64,000 nt of DNA, taken from positions 1-64,000 of the forward strand of contig JAZJZE010000004.1 of NCBI GenBank assembly GCA_040390065.1, in the 5' to 3' direction. The DNA comes from a bacterium (GTDB lineage Archaea; Thermoplasmatota; E2; JACPAO01; JAHFTW01). Under the pieces are notes generated by a model. It was not told the DNA's origin and did no database searches. It worked only from the letters and a program-made list of their open reading frames with translations. Position 1 is the stretch's first letter, and the number at the start of each line of letters is the position of its first letter. A program made the position numbers and the translations under genes. Of this stretch, positions 47,710-57,993 are shown in pieces.

Positions 47710-48984
47710 TCACAGGTCGAGGGTCGCAATCTCGCCTGGTTCGACGAGGCGGGCCTTCGTGGCGATGAACATGCGCTTGGCGTCAGCGTCGGCGACCGGG
47801 CAGACGACGAGGGCCATATCGGCATCCACGTCACGCGCGGCCACGAGGATCCGCTCCGCGGTCGCCGCGTCGAGACGATCCGGGGCGAAGGCGATGACGC
47901 GCTGGGGATAGCCCTCGCCGCGCTCGGCCGCGAGTTCGATGCCGGCGACCGGCGGTTGCAGCAAGACGTCGAACTTCAGGTGGGTCAGGCGATCGCGCAG
48001 CAACTCGAGAAGCGACGGCGCCTTCGGGGCGGGAGCGGGCGGAGGCGGGGCGGGCCGGGATTGCACGGGCTCCACGGGTGGTCGCGGAGGGGCCTGCGGG
48101 GCCGCGCGAGGAGCGCGCTGCGCTGTCTGCGGCCACAAGGCGTCGAGCTGCGCGTACATGTCGGCGCGGGCCTTGTCCGCGATGGGCGTGGCGCTCGCCG
48201 CCGACGGACGGCTGCGGGCAGGGGGCAGATCCGCCTCCCATGAGCCGGGGGCGGGGCGCTTCATCGGTGCCGTGACTTCCCGGCGACGAACTTCCATTGC
48301 GGCGGCCAGGGCTTGGCGTTCCGCGTCGCGCTGCGCCTTCTGGGCATTCTCCTTGGCCTCGACCTCGATGGCCAAACGGCGTCGTTCCTCTTGTTCGACC
48401 CAGCGGCCGTGGAGGTCCTGGAAGAACAAGTCGCCCTCGATGCGCACCTCGTCCTTGTCGGCGATGAGGTAGACGATGCGGACTTCGGCGTAGGGCGATT
48501 CCCGGGCGCGGGGGCCGACTTCGCGTACCAGTGCGGCAATGTCGGCGTCGTCCAACTCCGCCACGGTGGGCCGGGGGACGCGGTACGCCATGCGCGGCAG
48601 CTTGTGTGGATCGTCCGGGGCGCGGTAGGTGCGGTGCTGCCCCGGCTTGACGTTGGGGCGCAGCACGGCGCATTGGCGCTGGTCGTACTGTTGCCGCGTC
48701 GCCATGAGGTCCTGCAGGAGCTGCGCCGGCACCATGTGGGCCTTCTGGTGGCCGACGAGGAGGCAGGACGGCGTCCCGGCGACGTCGGAGGGTGACAGGT
48801 ACTCGACGGCCTGTTCGAGGTCGTTCACCACGTCGGGCTCGTCGCGGGGGACGCGCACCACGAGGACGCGGGAGCCTTCATGGTCCCAGACCTCGGAGCC
48901 ATACTGGGGTGCCAGTTGCTCTTTGAGGCGGGAAAGTTCCGCGCCGGGGATGGGACTGGGTTGCGTCCGGCGGGTCGAGGCCAT
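47710..48984 (-). CDS. Hypothetical protein: N-terminal domain, coiled coil, Pro-rich linker, degenerate restriction-endonuclease-like C-terminal domain
   Basis: Long ORF with coding bias; C-terminal LRDRLTHLKFDVL..IELAAER..ALVVC. Confidence 0.6.
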   Translation of the reverse strand: MASTRRTQPSPIPGAELSRLKEQLAPQYGSEVWDHEGSRVLVVRVPRDEPDVVNDLEQAVEYLSPSDVAGTPSCLLVGHQKAHMVPAQLLQDLMATRQQYDQRQCAVLRPNVKPGQHRTYRAPDDPHKLPRMAYRVPRPTVAELDDADIAALVREVGPRARESPYAEVRIVYLIADKDEVRIEGDLFFQDLHGRWVEQEERRRLAIEVEAKENAQKAQRDAERQALAAAMEVRRREVTAPMKRPAPGSWEADLPPARSRPSAASATPIADKARADMYAQLDALWPQTAQRAPRAAPQAPPRPPVEPVQSRPAPPPPAPAPKAPSLLELLRDRLTHLKFDVLLQPPVAGIELAAERGEGYPQRVIAFAPDRLDAATAERILVAARDVDADMALVVCPVADADAKRMFIATKARLVEPGEIATLDL

Positions 48985-49311
48985 GGCATTCACTTAGAAC
49001 GGGGGTAAGGAAAACGGTTGCCAAATCATTACGTGGCCCGTCCGTCACCCCATTCCAGGGGACCAGGACCACCCCCACCCCATGGTTTCGGCTCGAACGG
49101 ACTCCAAGGATGGAGCCATGATTTTCTTCCTTCTTATGGAGTCAACAGACCCAGAATCGTAAGCCACGGTGACGTGATAAGACTTCGTTGCTGAAAACGG
49201 CGCAAAGGAAGCGAAACGTTTCCAGACGTCAGTGTTGAGCGTTGCAGGAGAAGCCGTGGGGTCCGGGGTCGCCGCGAACCAGGACCGAGGGCCGGTCATG
49301 CGCCTTGTCCG

Positions 49312-50967
49312 TCAACCTGGCGGACGGTGATGAACCGGTCGGCCGTCGGAAAAGGTCTGCAGCACATCAGGTCCTGTTTGCGGTGATCCACTCGTTCCAA
49401 GCACCACGAAGTCGGCCCGCTTTCCCCTTTCGAGCGATCCAATCAAGTCATCCCAGTGCAGGCTCCATGCGGCCCACCACGTATAGTGCCACACCGCCTC
49501 GAGGAATTCCATGCGTTGCGCCCCGTCAGGGTGGGCGCCCGCCGCCGCAATCCCCTGAAGCGGTCCAGGTGGCATGCCATCGGAACCAAAGGCCACGGGT
49601 ATGCCTTGTTCCAACATGGTGCGGAAGCGGTTGTTCAAGGCAAAGCGTGGCCCCAGGCGGGCTTCATACATGCCGCCCTTCGACGACCACGTGCCGACGA
49701 AGTTGGGTTGGCTGGATGCGACGATGGCGAGTTCGGCCGTGCGGCGCAATTGGTCGTCGTGCGCGATCTCGAAGTGCTCGAAGCGGTGGCGCAAGGGATT
49801 CGCACTCCAGCCTGCCCCCTCCACGTCGGCGCGGGCGGCCAAGTCGGCAAATCCGGCGAGGCCCTGGTCGATGGCGGCATCGCCGATGGCGTGGGCGTGG
49901 ATCTGCACGGCGGCCTGGTCCGCCCGGGCAAAGAGGGTCGCCACTTGTTCGTCCGACCAGTTCCGCATGCCATTCGGGTGCTTCTTGGCGTGGTCGCCGT
50001 AGGGTTCCCGCAGCGCTGCCGTGTGGGCGCCAAGCGACCCGTCCAGGAACACCTTGAGGCCGCCGTCGCGCAGGAACGGCGTGCGCTCGGCTCCGCTGCG
50101 AAAGCCGCGCGCCACTTCGTCGTCCAATTGCTGGACGTAGATGCTCGACGCGACGCGCAGGCCGAGGCGGCCTGCCACGGCGGCACGCTGCAATGCTTCG
50201 CGGTACGGGGCCTGCGAATAGTCGCCGACCGTCGTGATGCCGAGGGCCAGGCATTCCTTGGTTGCCTCCGCCAGGGCCGCATCGAGTGCCTCGGGGCTCG
50301 TCGGGATGACCTCGTTGAGGTACAGGCTTGCCTGCTCGAGCAGCAGCCCCGAGGAGGGGTCCACGATGGCGTCGTCGTCCCAGCGCCGCCGGATCGGTGC
50401 AAGAGCAGCCGTGTTGGCGACGGCGATGTGGCCGCAGACGCGACGAAGGACGACCATGCGGTCGGCGGGCCCGGCCCCGGACTTGGCTGCCGCGGCGACA
50501 AGGGCGTCCAACTCGCTGCGCATTGGCCGTTCGGGCTTGACCCACGAGGATTCGTCCCAGCGTTCGCCGATGACGGGCTCCCCTCCCGGATGCTCGTTGA
50601 GCCACGTGGCCACGGCGGCGAGGGCCTCCGCCTTGGAGGTGCATGCGGACAAGTCGGGACGGTGGCGCTTCACGCCGATGTGCAGGAAATGCGTGTGCGC
50701 ATCGACGAAGCCGGGCAGGACCAGCTTGCCGCCGGCGTCCTGCGGCGTGATTCCGGCTTTGCGGGCCTCTCCTTCGACGTCCGCCGTGCTCCCGACCAAA
50801 GCGATGACCCCGTCCCGCCAAAGGATGGCCTGCGCCTCCTCGCTCCACGGTTCGGGGCTTGTTCCTGGCGCCCGCATCGGGTGGACGCAGGCGTTGACGA
50901 TGGCGCCGCTGCGGGGGGGCACGCGCGTGCGACGCGCAACTGCCTCAAACGCTTGGCGACGCTGCAT
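49312..50967 (-). CDS. Amidohydrolase 3 (YtcJ-like)
   Basis: LPGFVDAHTH, RVCGH, KVFLDGSLG, HAIGD, RFEH, FGSDG, GKRADFVVL. Start uncertain. Confidence 0.9.
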   Translation of the reverse strand: MQRRQAFEAVARRTRVPPRSGAIVNACVHPMRAPGTSPEPWSEEAQAILWRDGVIALVGSTADVEGEARKAGITPQDAGGKLVLPGFVDAHTHFLHIGVKRHRPDLSACTSKAEALAAVATWLNEHPGGEPVIGERWDESSWVKPERPMRSELDALVAAAAKSGAGPADRMVVLRRVCGHIAVANTAALAPIRRRWDDDAIVDPSSGLLLEQASLYLNEVIPTSPEALDAALAEATKECLALGITTVGDYSQAPYREALQRAAVAGRLGLRVASSIYVQQLDDEVARGFRSGAERTPFLRDGGLKVFLDGSLGAHTAALREPYGDHAKKHPNGMRNWSDEQVATLFARADQAAVQIHAHAIGDAAIDQGLAGFADLAARADVEGAGWSANPLRHRFEHFEIAHDDQLRRTAELAIVASSQPNFVGTWSSKGGMYEARLGPRFALNNRFRTMLEQGIPVAFGSDGMPPGPLQGIAAAGAHPDGAQRMEFLEAVWHYTWWAAWSLHWDDLIGSLERGKRADFVVLGTSGSPQTGPDVLQTFSDGRPVHHRPPG

Positions 50968-51422
50968 GCGTCGCTCCGGCGCCCTTGCCCATGGCGCGGC
51001 ACGTCGGCAGCCCCTTTCCTTCCCCTTATGAGTGTCGGGACGGAAATTGCGACAGTGGCAAAACGGTCAACCAGCAAATCGTCATTGATGCACGTTTTTG
51101 ACGAAAGGCGACCCCCCTCGCGCTTCCGCTGGAGCCCCCCACCTGGATTGTTATCTGAGAGTATTTCCCGTATGTCTGCAAATAGGAACGCGCCCTGCCG
51201 CAGCCAGCCGCAATGTTATCAGAGTGGGCATAAACCCCCCCTGGTTTGTTCGGCTCCCCGCGGGGCCTTTGGCCTGCGAGGTTCCTGGCCCTGCCGGGAA
51301 GGGATGGGGCGAAGCAAGCTTCGCCGAGGCTCTGGAGGATGCCAGGGCCCGATGCACAGGGATGAAGACGGCGACGGATGGGCGCCGGCGGACCCAAGCC
51401 ATCTGACAGGGAGTGTTGCACC

Positions 51423-54400
51423 GTGAGCAAAGTCGAGATCCACTTGGAGAGCAAGGCGTTCGTCCGCGAGGGCGAGCGGCATGGCGTCCATTCTGCACCC
51501 GCCCCCGGCGCCTCGGCGTCCGGCAAGGCGACCGCGGCCCCCGTGAAGGGCTTGCACATCGACCGCCACTACACGAAGCCGGGCACCGACGCCTTCGCAG
51601 ACGTGCAGTGGACGACGCGCAAGTCCGTCATCAAGGAGCCCGACGGCACCGTCGTCTTCGCCGTCGATGCGTGCGAGGTCCCGAAAGAGTGGAGCCAACT
51701 CGCCACCGACATCATCGTCTCCAAGTACTTCCGCAAGGCCGGCGTCCCGCAAGCTGACGGATCGCTTGGCGGCGAGACATCTGCCGGGCAAGTCGTGCAC
51801 CGCATCGCCAACTCGGTGCGTTGGTGGGGTGAGCAGCACGGCTACTTCGCCACGCGCGCCGACGCCGACGCCTTCGAGGCCGAGCTCAAGCACATGATGA
51901 TCACGCAGAAGGGCGCCTTCAACAGCCCCGTCTGGTTCAACTGCGGCCACGCCCACGTCTACGGCATCCAAGGCTCCGGCGGCAACTGGGCGGCCCACGA
52001 AGAGACCGGCCAGGTCGAGCAGGTCCGCCACAACTACACGCGGCCGCAATGCAGCGCCTGCTTCATCCAGCGCGTCGAGGACAACCTCGTCGAGCGCAAG
52101 GGCATCTTCGAGCTCCTCGCCTCCGAGGCGCGTCTTTTCAAGTACGGCTCGGGCACGGGCTCCAACTTTAGTCGCCTGCGCAGCAAGTACGAGAAGCTCT
52201 CTGGCGGCGGAACGTCCAGCGGCCTCATGAGTTTCCTCAAGGTCCTCGACGCCGGCGCAGGCGCCACCAAGTCCGGCGGCACGACGCGACGGGCGGCCAA
52301 GATGGTCAGCCTCGACATGGATCACCCAGAGATCGAGGATTTCATCAACTGGAAGGCCCGCGAAGAGAAGAAGGTCGCAGCCCTCATCGCAGCCGGCTAC
52401 GACTCCGACTTCAACGGCGACGCCTACGGCACGGTGTCGGGGCAGAACTCCAACAACTCCGTACGCATCACGGACGACTTCATGGCCGCCGTCGCCGCCG
52501 ACGCGCCGTGGAACACGACCAGCCGCATGAACCCGGGCGAAGTCGTGAAGACGTACAAGGCCAAGGACCTCTGGGACCAGATCGCCTTCGCGGCGTGGGC
52601 CTGCGCCGACCCCGGCACGCAGTACGACACCACGATCAACACGTGGCACACCTGCAAGGCGACGGACCGCATCTACGGCTCCAACCCCTGCAGCGAGTAC
52701 ATGTTCCTAGACGACACCGCCTGCAACCTTGCCAGCCTGAACTTGATGAAGTTCCTGAAGGCTGACGGCACGTTCGACCTCGAGTCGTACCGGCACGCCA
52801 TCCGCGTCTTCTTCGTCGCGCAGGAGATTCTGGTCGGCTACTCGTCGTACCCCACGCGCGACATCGCCAAGAACAGCGAAGACTACAGGCCCCTTGGCCT
52901 TGGCTACGCGAATCTTGGCACCTTGCTCATGACGACGGGACACCCGTACGATTCCCCGGACGGTCGCGCCATCGCGGGCGCCCTCACGGCCATCCTGACG
53001 GGTCACGCCTACCGTGTGAGCGCCGAGATGGCGGCCGTGAAGGGCGGCTTCCGCGGCCTCGACGTCACGGATGCCTCCGGCAAGTCGAATCACGAGTACA
53101 TGTCCGAGGTCGTCGGCATGCACCTTGCGGCGGCTCGTCTTCTTCGCGCCACGGGTTCGCCGCTGTCGCAGATGGAAGGCATGGACCTCAAGTCGCACGG
53201 CCTTGCGGACCTCGGGAAGGGCAACCTCAACGCCACGAAGAACCGGACGCTCACCATCTACGCCGAGTTGTTCGATGCGGCGGTCGAGGACTGGGAAGCG
53301 GCCCTCGAACTTGGCCGCAGCAACGGCTGGCGCAACGCGCAAGCCACGGTCCTTGCCCCGACGGGGACGATCGGCTTGCTGATGGATTGCGACACGACGG
53401 GCGTCGAGCCGGACTTCACCATGGTGAAATTCAAGAAGCTCGCTGGGGGTGGTTACTTCAAGATCATCAACCAGAGCATCCCGGCGGCTTTGCGCTTCCT
53501 CGGGTACACCGAGGGCGAGATCAAGGCCGTCGAGAAGTACGCCATCGGCCACGGCACCCTGGAGGGAGCGCCCGTGTCGAAGCAGACGTTCCGCGAGCGC
53601 GGCTTTACGGAGGAGGAGTACCAGGAGGCCTACGACGCCGTCGCGCTCGCGAAGGGCTTCAACGAGTACACTCCCAAAATCAACCCGAAGACGATGAAGG
53701 ACAAGGGCTTCTCGGGACAAGCCATCCATGCGCTGCAAGCGTACGTCGAGGGCCACCAGACGGTCGAGGGCAGCCTCGTCAAGAAGGAGCACCTCGCCAT
53801 CTTCGATTGCGCCAACAAGTGCGGCGACGGCGAGCGCTTCATCCACCACACGGGCCACCTCCGCATGATGGCCGCGGCGCAACCGTTCCTCTCGGGCGCC
53901 ATCTCGAAGACCATCAACATGCCACACGAGGTCGGCGTCGCCGACGTGCGCGATGCATACGAGATGGGCTGGAAGTTGCAACTCAAGGCCGTCGCCCTCT
54001 ACCGTGACGGCTGCAAGCTCAGCCAACCCTTGCAGACGGCGAAGTCCAAGAAGGACAAGGACGCCGCCGCCGAGACGACGGCGGCCCCGGCGACGGTCGT
54101 CATCCCCGGCATCGGCCACGGCGAAATCGAGAAGCCGCCGCAGGAGAACGACCAGGGCTTCAAGCGCACCGTCACCATCTTCACGGCGTACGGCCAGGAG
54201 AAGGTCGACATTCAGGTGTGGGAGTACCCCGACGGCAGGCCCTGCGAGATCTTCGTAGGCGCAAGAAAGTCCGGCACCCTCGTCGACAATTTCCTCAAGG
54301 AGATCGGCAAGAACTACAGCCGCAACCTGCAACTCGGCATGACGCTCGACGACCTCACGCGCAAGCTCATCAACGAGCACGGGCCGCTTGGCGGTCAGAC

Positions 54401-54785
54401 CGACCACAAGTACATCAAGAGCTGTCTCGGCATCCAGGACCTGTTGGGCAAGATGCTGCGTTACGAGTACTTCGGCGAAACCGCTTTCCTCAGTGTCAAG
54501 CCGGACCCGGCGGACCCGACGTACGTGCCGACGCGCAAGGAAACCCTCGAGATCCTCGCCATCGCCAAGCACCGCCCCAAGGGGGAGAAGACGCTTGCCG
54601 ACTTCGCGCCCAAGCCTGTCGAACTGGAGAAGAAACTCGGCAAGGCGACGACGTCGGACCCGAACGAATTCCTCGCGGGACTGGGCGGGGACGCGCCCGA
54701 CTGCGACCAGTGCGGACACACGACGGTGCGCAACGGTGCGTGCTACAAGTGTTTGAACTGCGGGAACTCGATGGGTTGCAGTTAG
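51423..54785 (+). CDS. nrdJ: Class II (adenosylcobalamin-dependent) ribonucleotide reductase
   Basis: FNSPVWFN, QCSACFI, TTRRAAKM, SNPCSEY, ACNLASLNL, APTGTI, YRDG, C-terminal CxxC..CxxC..MGCS. GTG 51423 follows GGGAG. Confidence 0.96.
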   Translation: MSKVEIHLESKAFVREGERHGVHSAPAPGASASGKATAAPVKGLHIDRHYTKPGTDAFADVQWTTRKSVIKEPDGTVVFAVDACEVPKEWSQLATDIIVSKYFRKAGVPQADGSLGGETSAGQVVHRIANSVRWWGEQHGYFATRADADAFEAELKHMMITQKGAFNSPVWFNCGHAHVYGIQGSGGNWAAHEETGQVEQVRHNYTRPQCSACFIQRVEDNLVERKGIFELLASEARLFKYGSGTGSNFSRLRSKYEKLSGGGTSSGLMSFLKVLDAGAGATKSGGTTRRAAKMVSLDMDHPEIEDFINWKAREEKKVAALIAAGYDSDFNGDAYGTVSGQNSNNSVRITDDFMAAVAADAPWNTTSRMNPGEVVKTYKAKDLWDQIAFAAWACADPGTQYDTTINTWHTCKATDRIYGSNPCSEYMFLDDTACNLASLNLMKFLKADGTFDLESYRHAIRVFFVAQEILVGYSSYPTRDIAKNSEDYRPLGLGYANLGTLLMTTGHPYDSPDGRAIAGALTAILTGHAYRVSAEMAAVKGGFRGLDVTDASGKSNHEYMSEVVGMHLAAARLLRATGSPLSQMEGMDLKSHGLADLGKGNLNATKNRTLTIYAELFDAAVEDWEAALELGRSNGWRNAQATVLAPTGTIGLLMDCDTTGVEPDFTMVKFKKLAGGGYFKIINQSIPAALRFLGYTEGEIKAVEKYAIGHGTLEGAPVSKQTFRERGFTEEEYQEAYDAVALAKGFNEYTPKINPKTMKDKGFSGQAIHALQAYVEGHQTVEGSLVKKEHLAIFDCANKCGDGERFIHHTGHLRMMAAAQPFLSGAISKTINMPHEVGVADVRDAYEMGWKLQLKAVALYRDGCKLSQPLQTAKSKKDKDAAAETTAAPATVVIPGIGHGEIEKPPQENDQGFKRTVTIFTAYGQEKVDIQVWEYPDGRPCEIFVGARKSGTLVDNFLKEIGKNYSRNLQLGMTLDDLTRKLINEHGPLGGQTDHKYIKSCLGIQDLLGKMLRYEYFGETAFLSVKPDPADPTYVPTRKETLEILAIAKHRPKGEKTLADFAPKPVELEKKLGKATTSDPNEFLAGLGGDAPDCDQCGHTTVRNGACYKCLNCGNSMGCS

Positions 54786-55123
54786 CCATCCCCTTGCGGA
54801 CCGTTAGTCCGGCAGACCAGACTCATCCAGCCGGACAAGCACGTCGCCGGGTAGGGAGGTCGTGCCCCACCAGCCCGTTGCGTTCGACATGCGAAGCGTG
54901 TACGTAGGACCGCTGCCGCTGAATCCGCAAAAGCCGGAGACCGGAAGCTCGTATTTCCTTCGCCGCGGCGTCGGCGCGTCGCAGGTGGCGGGACCCTCCT
55001 TCGGGACTCCTTTGGAACCGCCTTCGATAGGCCTTGACCATCTCCCGCCCGCGCCGCTCGCACGCACACACCAGCGCCTGTCCGACGCCCCTTACGTCAT
55101 CGACGCCATCACAGCAGTAGTCG

Positions 55124-55378
55124 ATGCAGCCGCCGCCGCGCCGCCTCAAGGCCAATCCGACGTTGCGGACCCTGCACGAGATTGAGCGCGTCCTTCGGGC
55201 GGCAGCCAGGAACGACGAGCCGCCGCTGTCGCTGCGTGATATCCGTCTGCGCCTGCGCGTCACGACGCATTCGCCCAACGTCATCACGGCGGCAATCGAC
55301 GAGTTCGTGCGGCGCGGCGTCGCTACCGTGGGGCCTCGCGGAGTCCAATGGCTGACTGTGCCAGATGGAACGACCTGA
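55124..55378 (+). CDS. Small winged-helix-like protein
   Basis: PTLRTLHEIERVLR..PLSLRDIR..AIDEFVRRG..VQW; TATA-like CCTTAC about 30 nt upstream. Confidence 0.6.
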   Translation: MQPPPRRLKANPTLRTLHEIERVLRAAARNDEPPLSLRDIRLRLRVTTHSPNVITAAIDEFVRRGVATVGPRGVQWLTVPDGTT

Positions 55379-55448
55379 CCAAACCACCAAAGAATCCGAT
55401 GATACCGAATGCTGTCAAGTCGGCGTCATCCCCGTTTCAATGGCGTCG

Positions 55449-56990
55449 TCACGCGACGACAAACGCCGCCGGACTCGTCATCGGGTGCTCCACGTCATAG
55501 TGAACGGAATACACGCCCGACAATCCGTCGTAGATGACCAAGTCGTAATTCGCATCTGGGAAAACGTCGAGAACAAACGGCGCGTAGTCGTATCCGCCCG
55601 TCGGCTTTCGGCCGTTCTGGGGTCCGCCGTCGGGGACGAAGACGCCGACCGTCGGGGGCGCCTTCATCGCCTCGGGGTGGTCGAGGTCGAGGGTGAAGGC
55701 CCAGACGCCGCCGTGGTACATGGCGACGAAGACGGTGTTGTTCTGGATGCGGAAGTAGTGGGTGCTGTAAAGTTCGACGCCGCCCCAGTCCTGCTGCGTG
55801 TCGACGGGCAGCGTCCAGCGGCCGACTTCCTTGATGTTCGTCGGGTCCGTGTCGTCGAGGATGTAGATCCAGCCGCTTGGGCGGTTCGTCGGGTGCTGCA
55901 CGAATTCCTGTCCGGCGAGGAGGTAGTGGTGGCCGTCGTGCACGCCAGGAATGCTGCGGGTGCTGTGCAGGGCCCCGTTGTCCGCCCCGGAATCTGCCCA
56001 TTGGCCGAGGCGAACGGGGGCTTGCGGGATGCTGAAGTCGAGGATGATCAGGCCGCCGTCCCAGTCGCTGAGGTAGACGACGGGCTTGTTCGTGACCGGG
56101 TGGACCGCGATTTCTGCGTCGACGTGGCCGTTGACGACCGCCGTCGGCGTGCCGTATTGTCCGGCATCGACGAGGGAGTCTTGGATGAGTTTGCTGCCTC
56201 CAGTCGGAAGGTCCTGCAGTTGGAAGAACTGGAAATAGCTCCCTTGGTGCGCGAGGTTCGTGATGCTCGACGCGACGTACGTGGTTCCGCCGATGATCTG
56301 CGTGGAGACGCTGTGCGGTCCGAGGACCGGGGCCGGGTACAGGTCCTCGAAGGCCGGATGCATGACGTCGGCCAGGGAGACGAGGATGGTGCTGGGTCCC
56401 GCGGCGACGGTCTGGTCGGGGCCATGCACGGTCTGCCCGGTGCAAGCGTTACGGAAGGATGGGTGCAGCGTGACCATGCCAAGCACGCCAGGCGGGTCCG
56501 GCTGCTTCGTCGGTGAGATGTCCGCGGCGACGACGACGTGCTTGCCGTCGGGAGTGATGTCGACGTCGTACGTCTGCGCGTAGTCGAGAACGTAGTCGCC
56601 GAGGTGCTTGGGGTGCAACGGGTCCGTGTTGTCGACCAGGACGAAGGCGACCGAGGTGTCGTACGAGGAGATGACGGTGAGGCGGCGCCCGTCCGCGGTC
56701 TTGCCCTCGCCGCCGCAGAAGTAACCGCCAGCCGTCGCGTTGCCAAAGGCGGGGATGCCCAATGGGTCGTGCGCGAGTTCCACCATGTTCGGCGTCGAGA
56801 GGTTGAGATGCTGCGTCCAGTCGCGGTGGCTGTGGCCGTGCTCGGCCGTCGGGATGGCGTGGCTGGCCCAGGACGTGTCCAGGCTCACGGCCGGTTGCGT
56901 CGTGGATGTCGTCGTCGGGGCCGGGGAGCCGGAGCAGCCGGCCACCGCCGCGAAGGCCAGGGTCGCGGCCAACAGGATGGATTTGTGCAT
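55449..56990 (-). CDS. LVIVD-repeat beta-propeller lipoprotein
   Basis: VAGC lipobox; FVLVDNTDP, LIILDFSIP, IYILDDTDP repeats. Confidence 0.8.
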   Translation of the reverse strand: MHKSILLAATLAFAAVAGCSGSPAPTTTSTTQPAVSLDTSWASHAIPTAEHGHSHRDWTQHLNLSTPNMVELAHDPLGIPAFGNATAGGYFCGGEGKTADGRRLTVISSYDTSVAFVLVDNTDPLHPKHLGDYVLDYAQTYDVDITPDGKHVVVAADISPTKQPDPPGVLGMVTLHPSFRNACTGQTVHGPDQTVAAGPSTILVSLADVMHPAFEDLYPAPVLGPHSVSTQIIGGTTYVASSITNLAHQGSYFQFFQLQDLPTGGSKLIQDSLVDAGQYGTPTAVVNGHVDAEIAVHPVTNKPVVYLSDWDGGLIILDFSIPQAPVRLGQWADSGADNGALHSTRSIPGVHDGHHYLLAGQEFVQHPTNRPSGWIYILDDTDPTNIKEVGRWTLPVDTQQDWGGVELYSTHYFRIQNNTVFVAMYHGGVWAFTLDLDHPEAMKAPPTVGVFVPDGGPQNGRKPTGGYDYAPFVLDVFPDANYDLVIYDGLSGVYSVHYDVEHPMTSPAAFVVA

Positions 56991-57081
56991 GGCTCCGGCA
57001 CGGCGCGGGGCCCTTGAAACCTGCGGCCTTCGCCACGGCCACGCCAAGACTCAATTAGGCCCCGGCGGGATTTGTCGCCCC

Positions 57082-57528
57082 ATGCACCGGTCCATCCTCC
57101 TGACGATGCTTGCATTGCTCCTTCTTGCCGGATGCTCGACGCCCGGGCCCGCCCCCGAGGCTGCGCCTTCGCCGCCGTCGCAGGCCACGGGTTCCGCCAA
57201 CGCAACGTACCAACACGCGACGCTTGCGAGCAAAGACTTGGTCGTCAGCGCCGCCGCGGGGGACACATTGCAACTCATGGTGCCGGCGGGGGCCCGAAAC
57301 GTCACGGTCCGCGGCACCTTCACGCAGGCCAACATGAACGACTTCAAGGTCGCCATTTCCGGCTGCGGCACCGCGGACTATTCGGCCATCGTGGCTGCGA
57401 CGGTCCTCGGCTCCATTGGACCCATTGACGCCTGTGCCACACCTATGCCTGGCGCCCAGACCGCCACTGTCTCCGTGACCGGTGAGTACCAAGGCAGCGT
57501 CACCATCGACGCCGACGTGCCAGCATAG
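57082..57528 (+). CDS. Hypothetical lipoprotein
   Basis: MHRSILLTMLALLLLAGC lipobox. Confidence 0.65.
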   Translation: MHRSILLTMLALLLLAGCSTPGPAPEAAPSPPSQATGSANATYQHATLASKDLVVSAAAGDTLQLMVPAGARNVTVRGTFTQANMNDFKVAISGCGTADYSAIVAATVLGSIGPIDACATPMPGAQTATVSVTGEYQGSVTIDADVPA

Positions 57529-57585
57529 TCTTGCTGCGTTGCCGTCGCCGACGCAGCCAAGAGGCCGCAGCGCCCCAGGGATGCC

Positions 57586-57993
57586 GTGGCGCCGTCCGAC
57601 GTCTTCAGCCGGTTCGCCCGCTGGGCGGCCCGCCTGTCCGGGCATGGCATCGCATTCGCCGCCGCCATGCTGCTGATTGCCGGCTGGGCAGTGTCGGGGC
57701 CCCTGTTCGGCTTCAGTGACACGTGGCAACTCACCATCAACACGGCGACGACGGTGGTCACCTTCCTCATGGTCTTCATCATCCAGAACACGCAGCTGCG
57801 CGACATGGAAGCCTTACAGATCAAGGTGGACGAGATCCTGCGGGCCTCGGCGCGGGCCGACAACGCCATGCTCGACCTCGAGAATTTGCCCGAGGAGCGG
57901 TTGGAGCGTATCCAGGAGGAGTACGCTCGCATGGCCCATCAGGCGCGTCGGCGGCACGGGGCGCGTCGCCGCAACTCAAAACCACCAGTCTAG
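57586..57993 (+). CDS. Low-affinity iron permease family protein
   Basis: FSDTWQLTINTATTVVTFLMVFIIQNTQ, LQIKVDEI. Confidence 0.9.
   Translation: MAPSDVFSRFARWAARLSGHGIAFAAAMLLIAGWAVSGPLFGFSDTWQLTINTATTVVTFLMVFIIQNTQLRDMEALQIKVDEILRASARADNAMLDLENLPEERLERIQEEYARMAHQARRRHGARRRNSKPPV

Noticed and set aside
49045-49299. 84 aa minus-strand ORF
   Set aside because: Atypical codon usage and no motif; more likely regulatory or intergenic sequence.
51179-51350. Cobalamin riboswitch-like words AATAGGAAC, CCGCAATGT and GGGAAG upstream of nrdJ
   Set aside because: The GGTG-RAA-TCC T-loop arm and a proper B12 box are missing, and part of the match lies upstream of the likely TATA.
51423-54785. Intein in NrdJ
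   Set aside because: No C/S...HN-C/S/T splice junctions or LAGLIDADG blocks; only short insertions.
54862-55185. 107 aa ORF after nrdJ
   Set aside because: The SD-like GGAGG is too close to the GTG, the ORF overlaps the better-supported 55124 gene, and there are no recognisable features.
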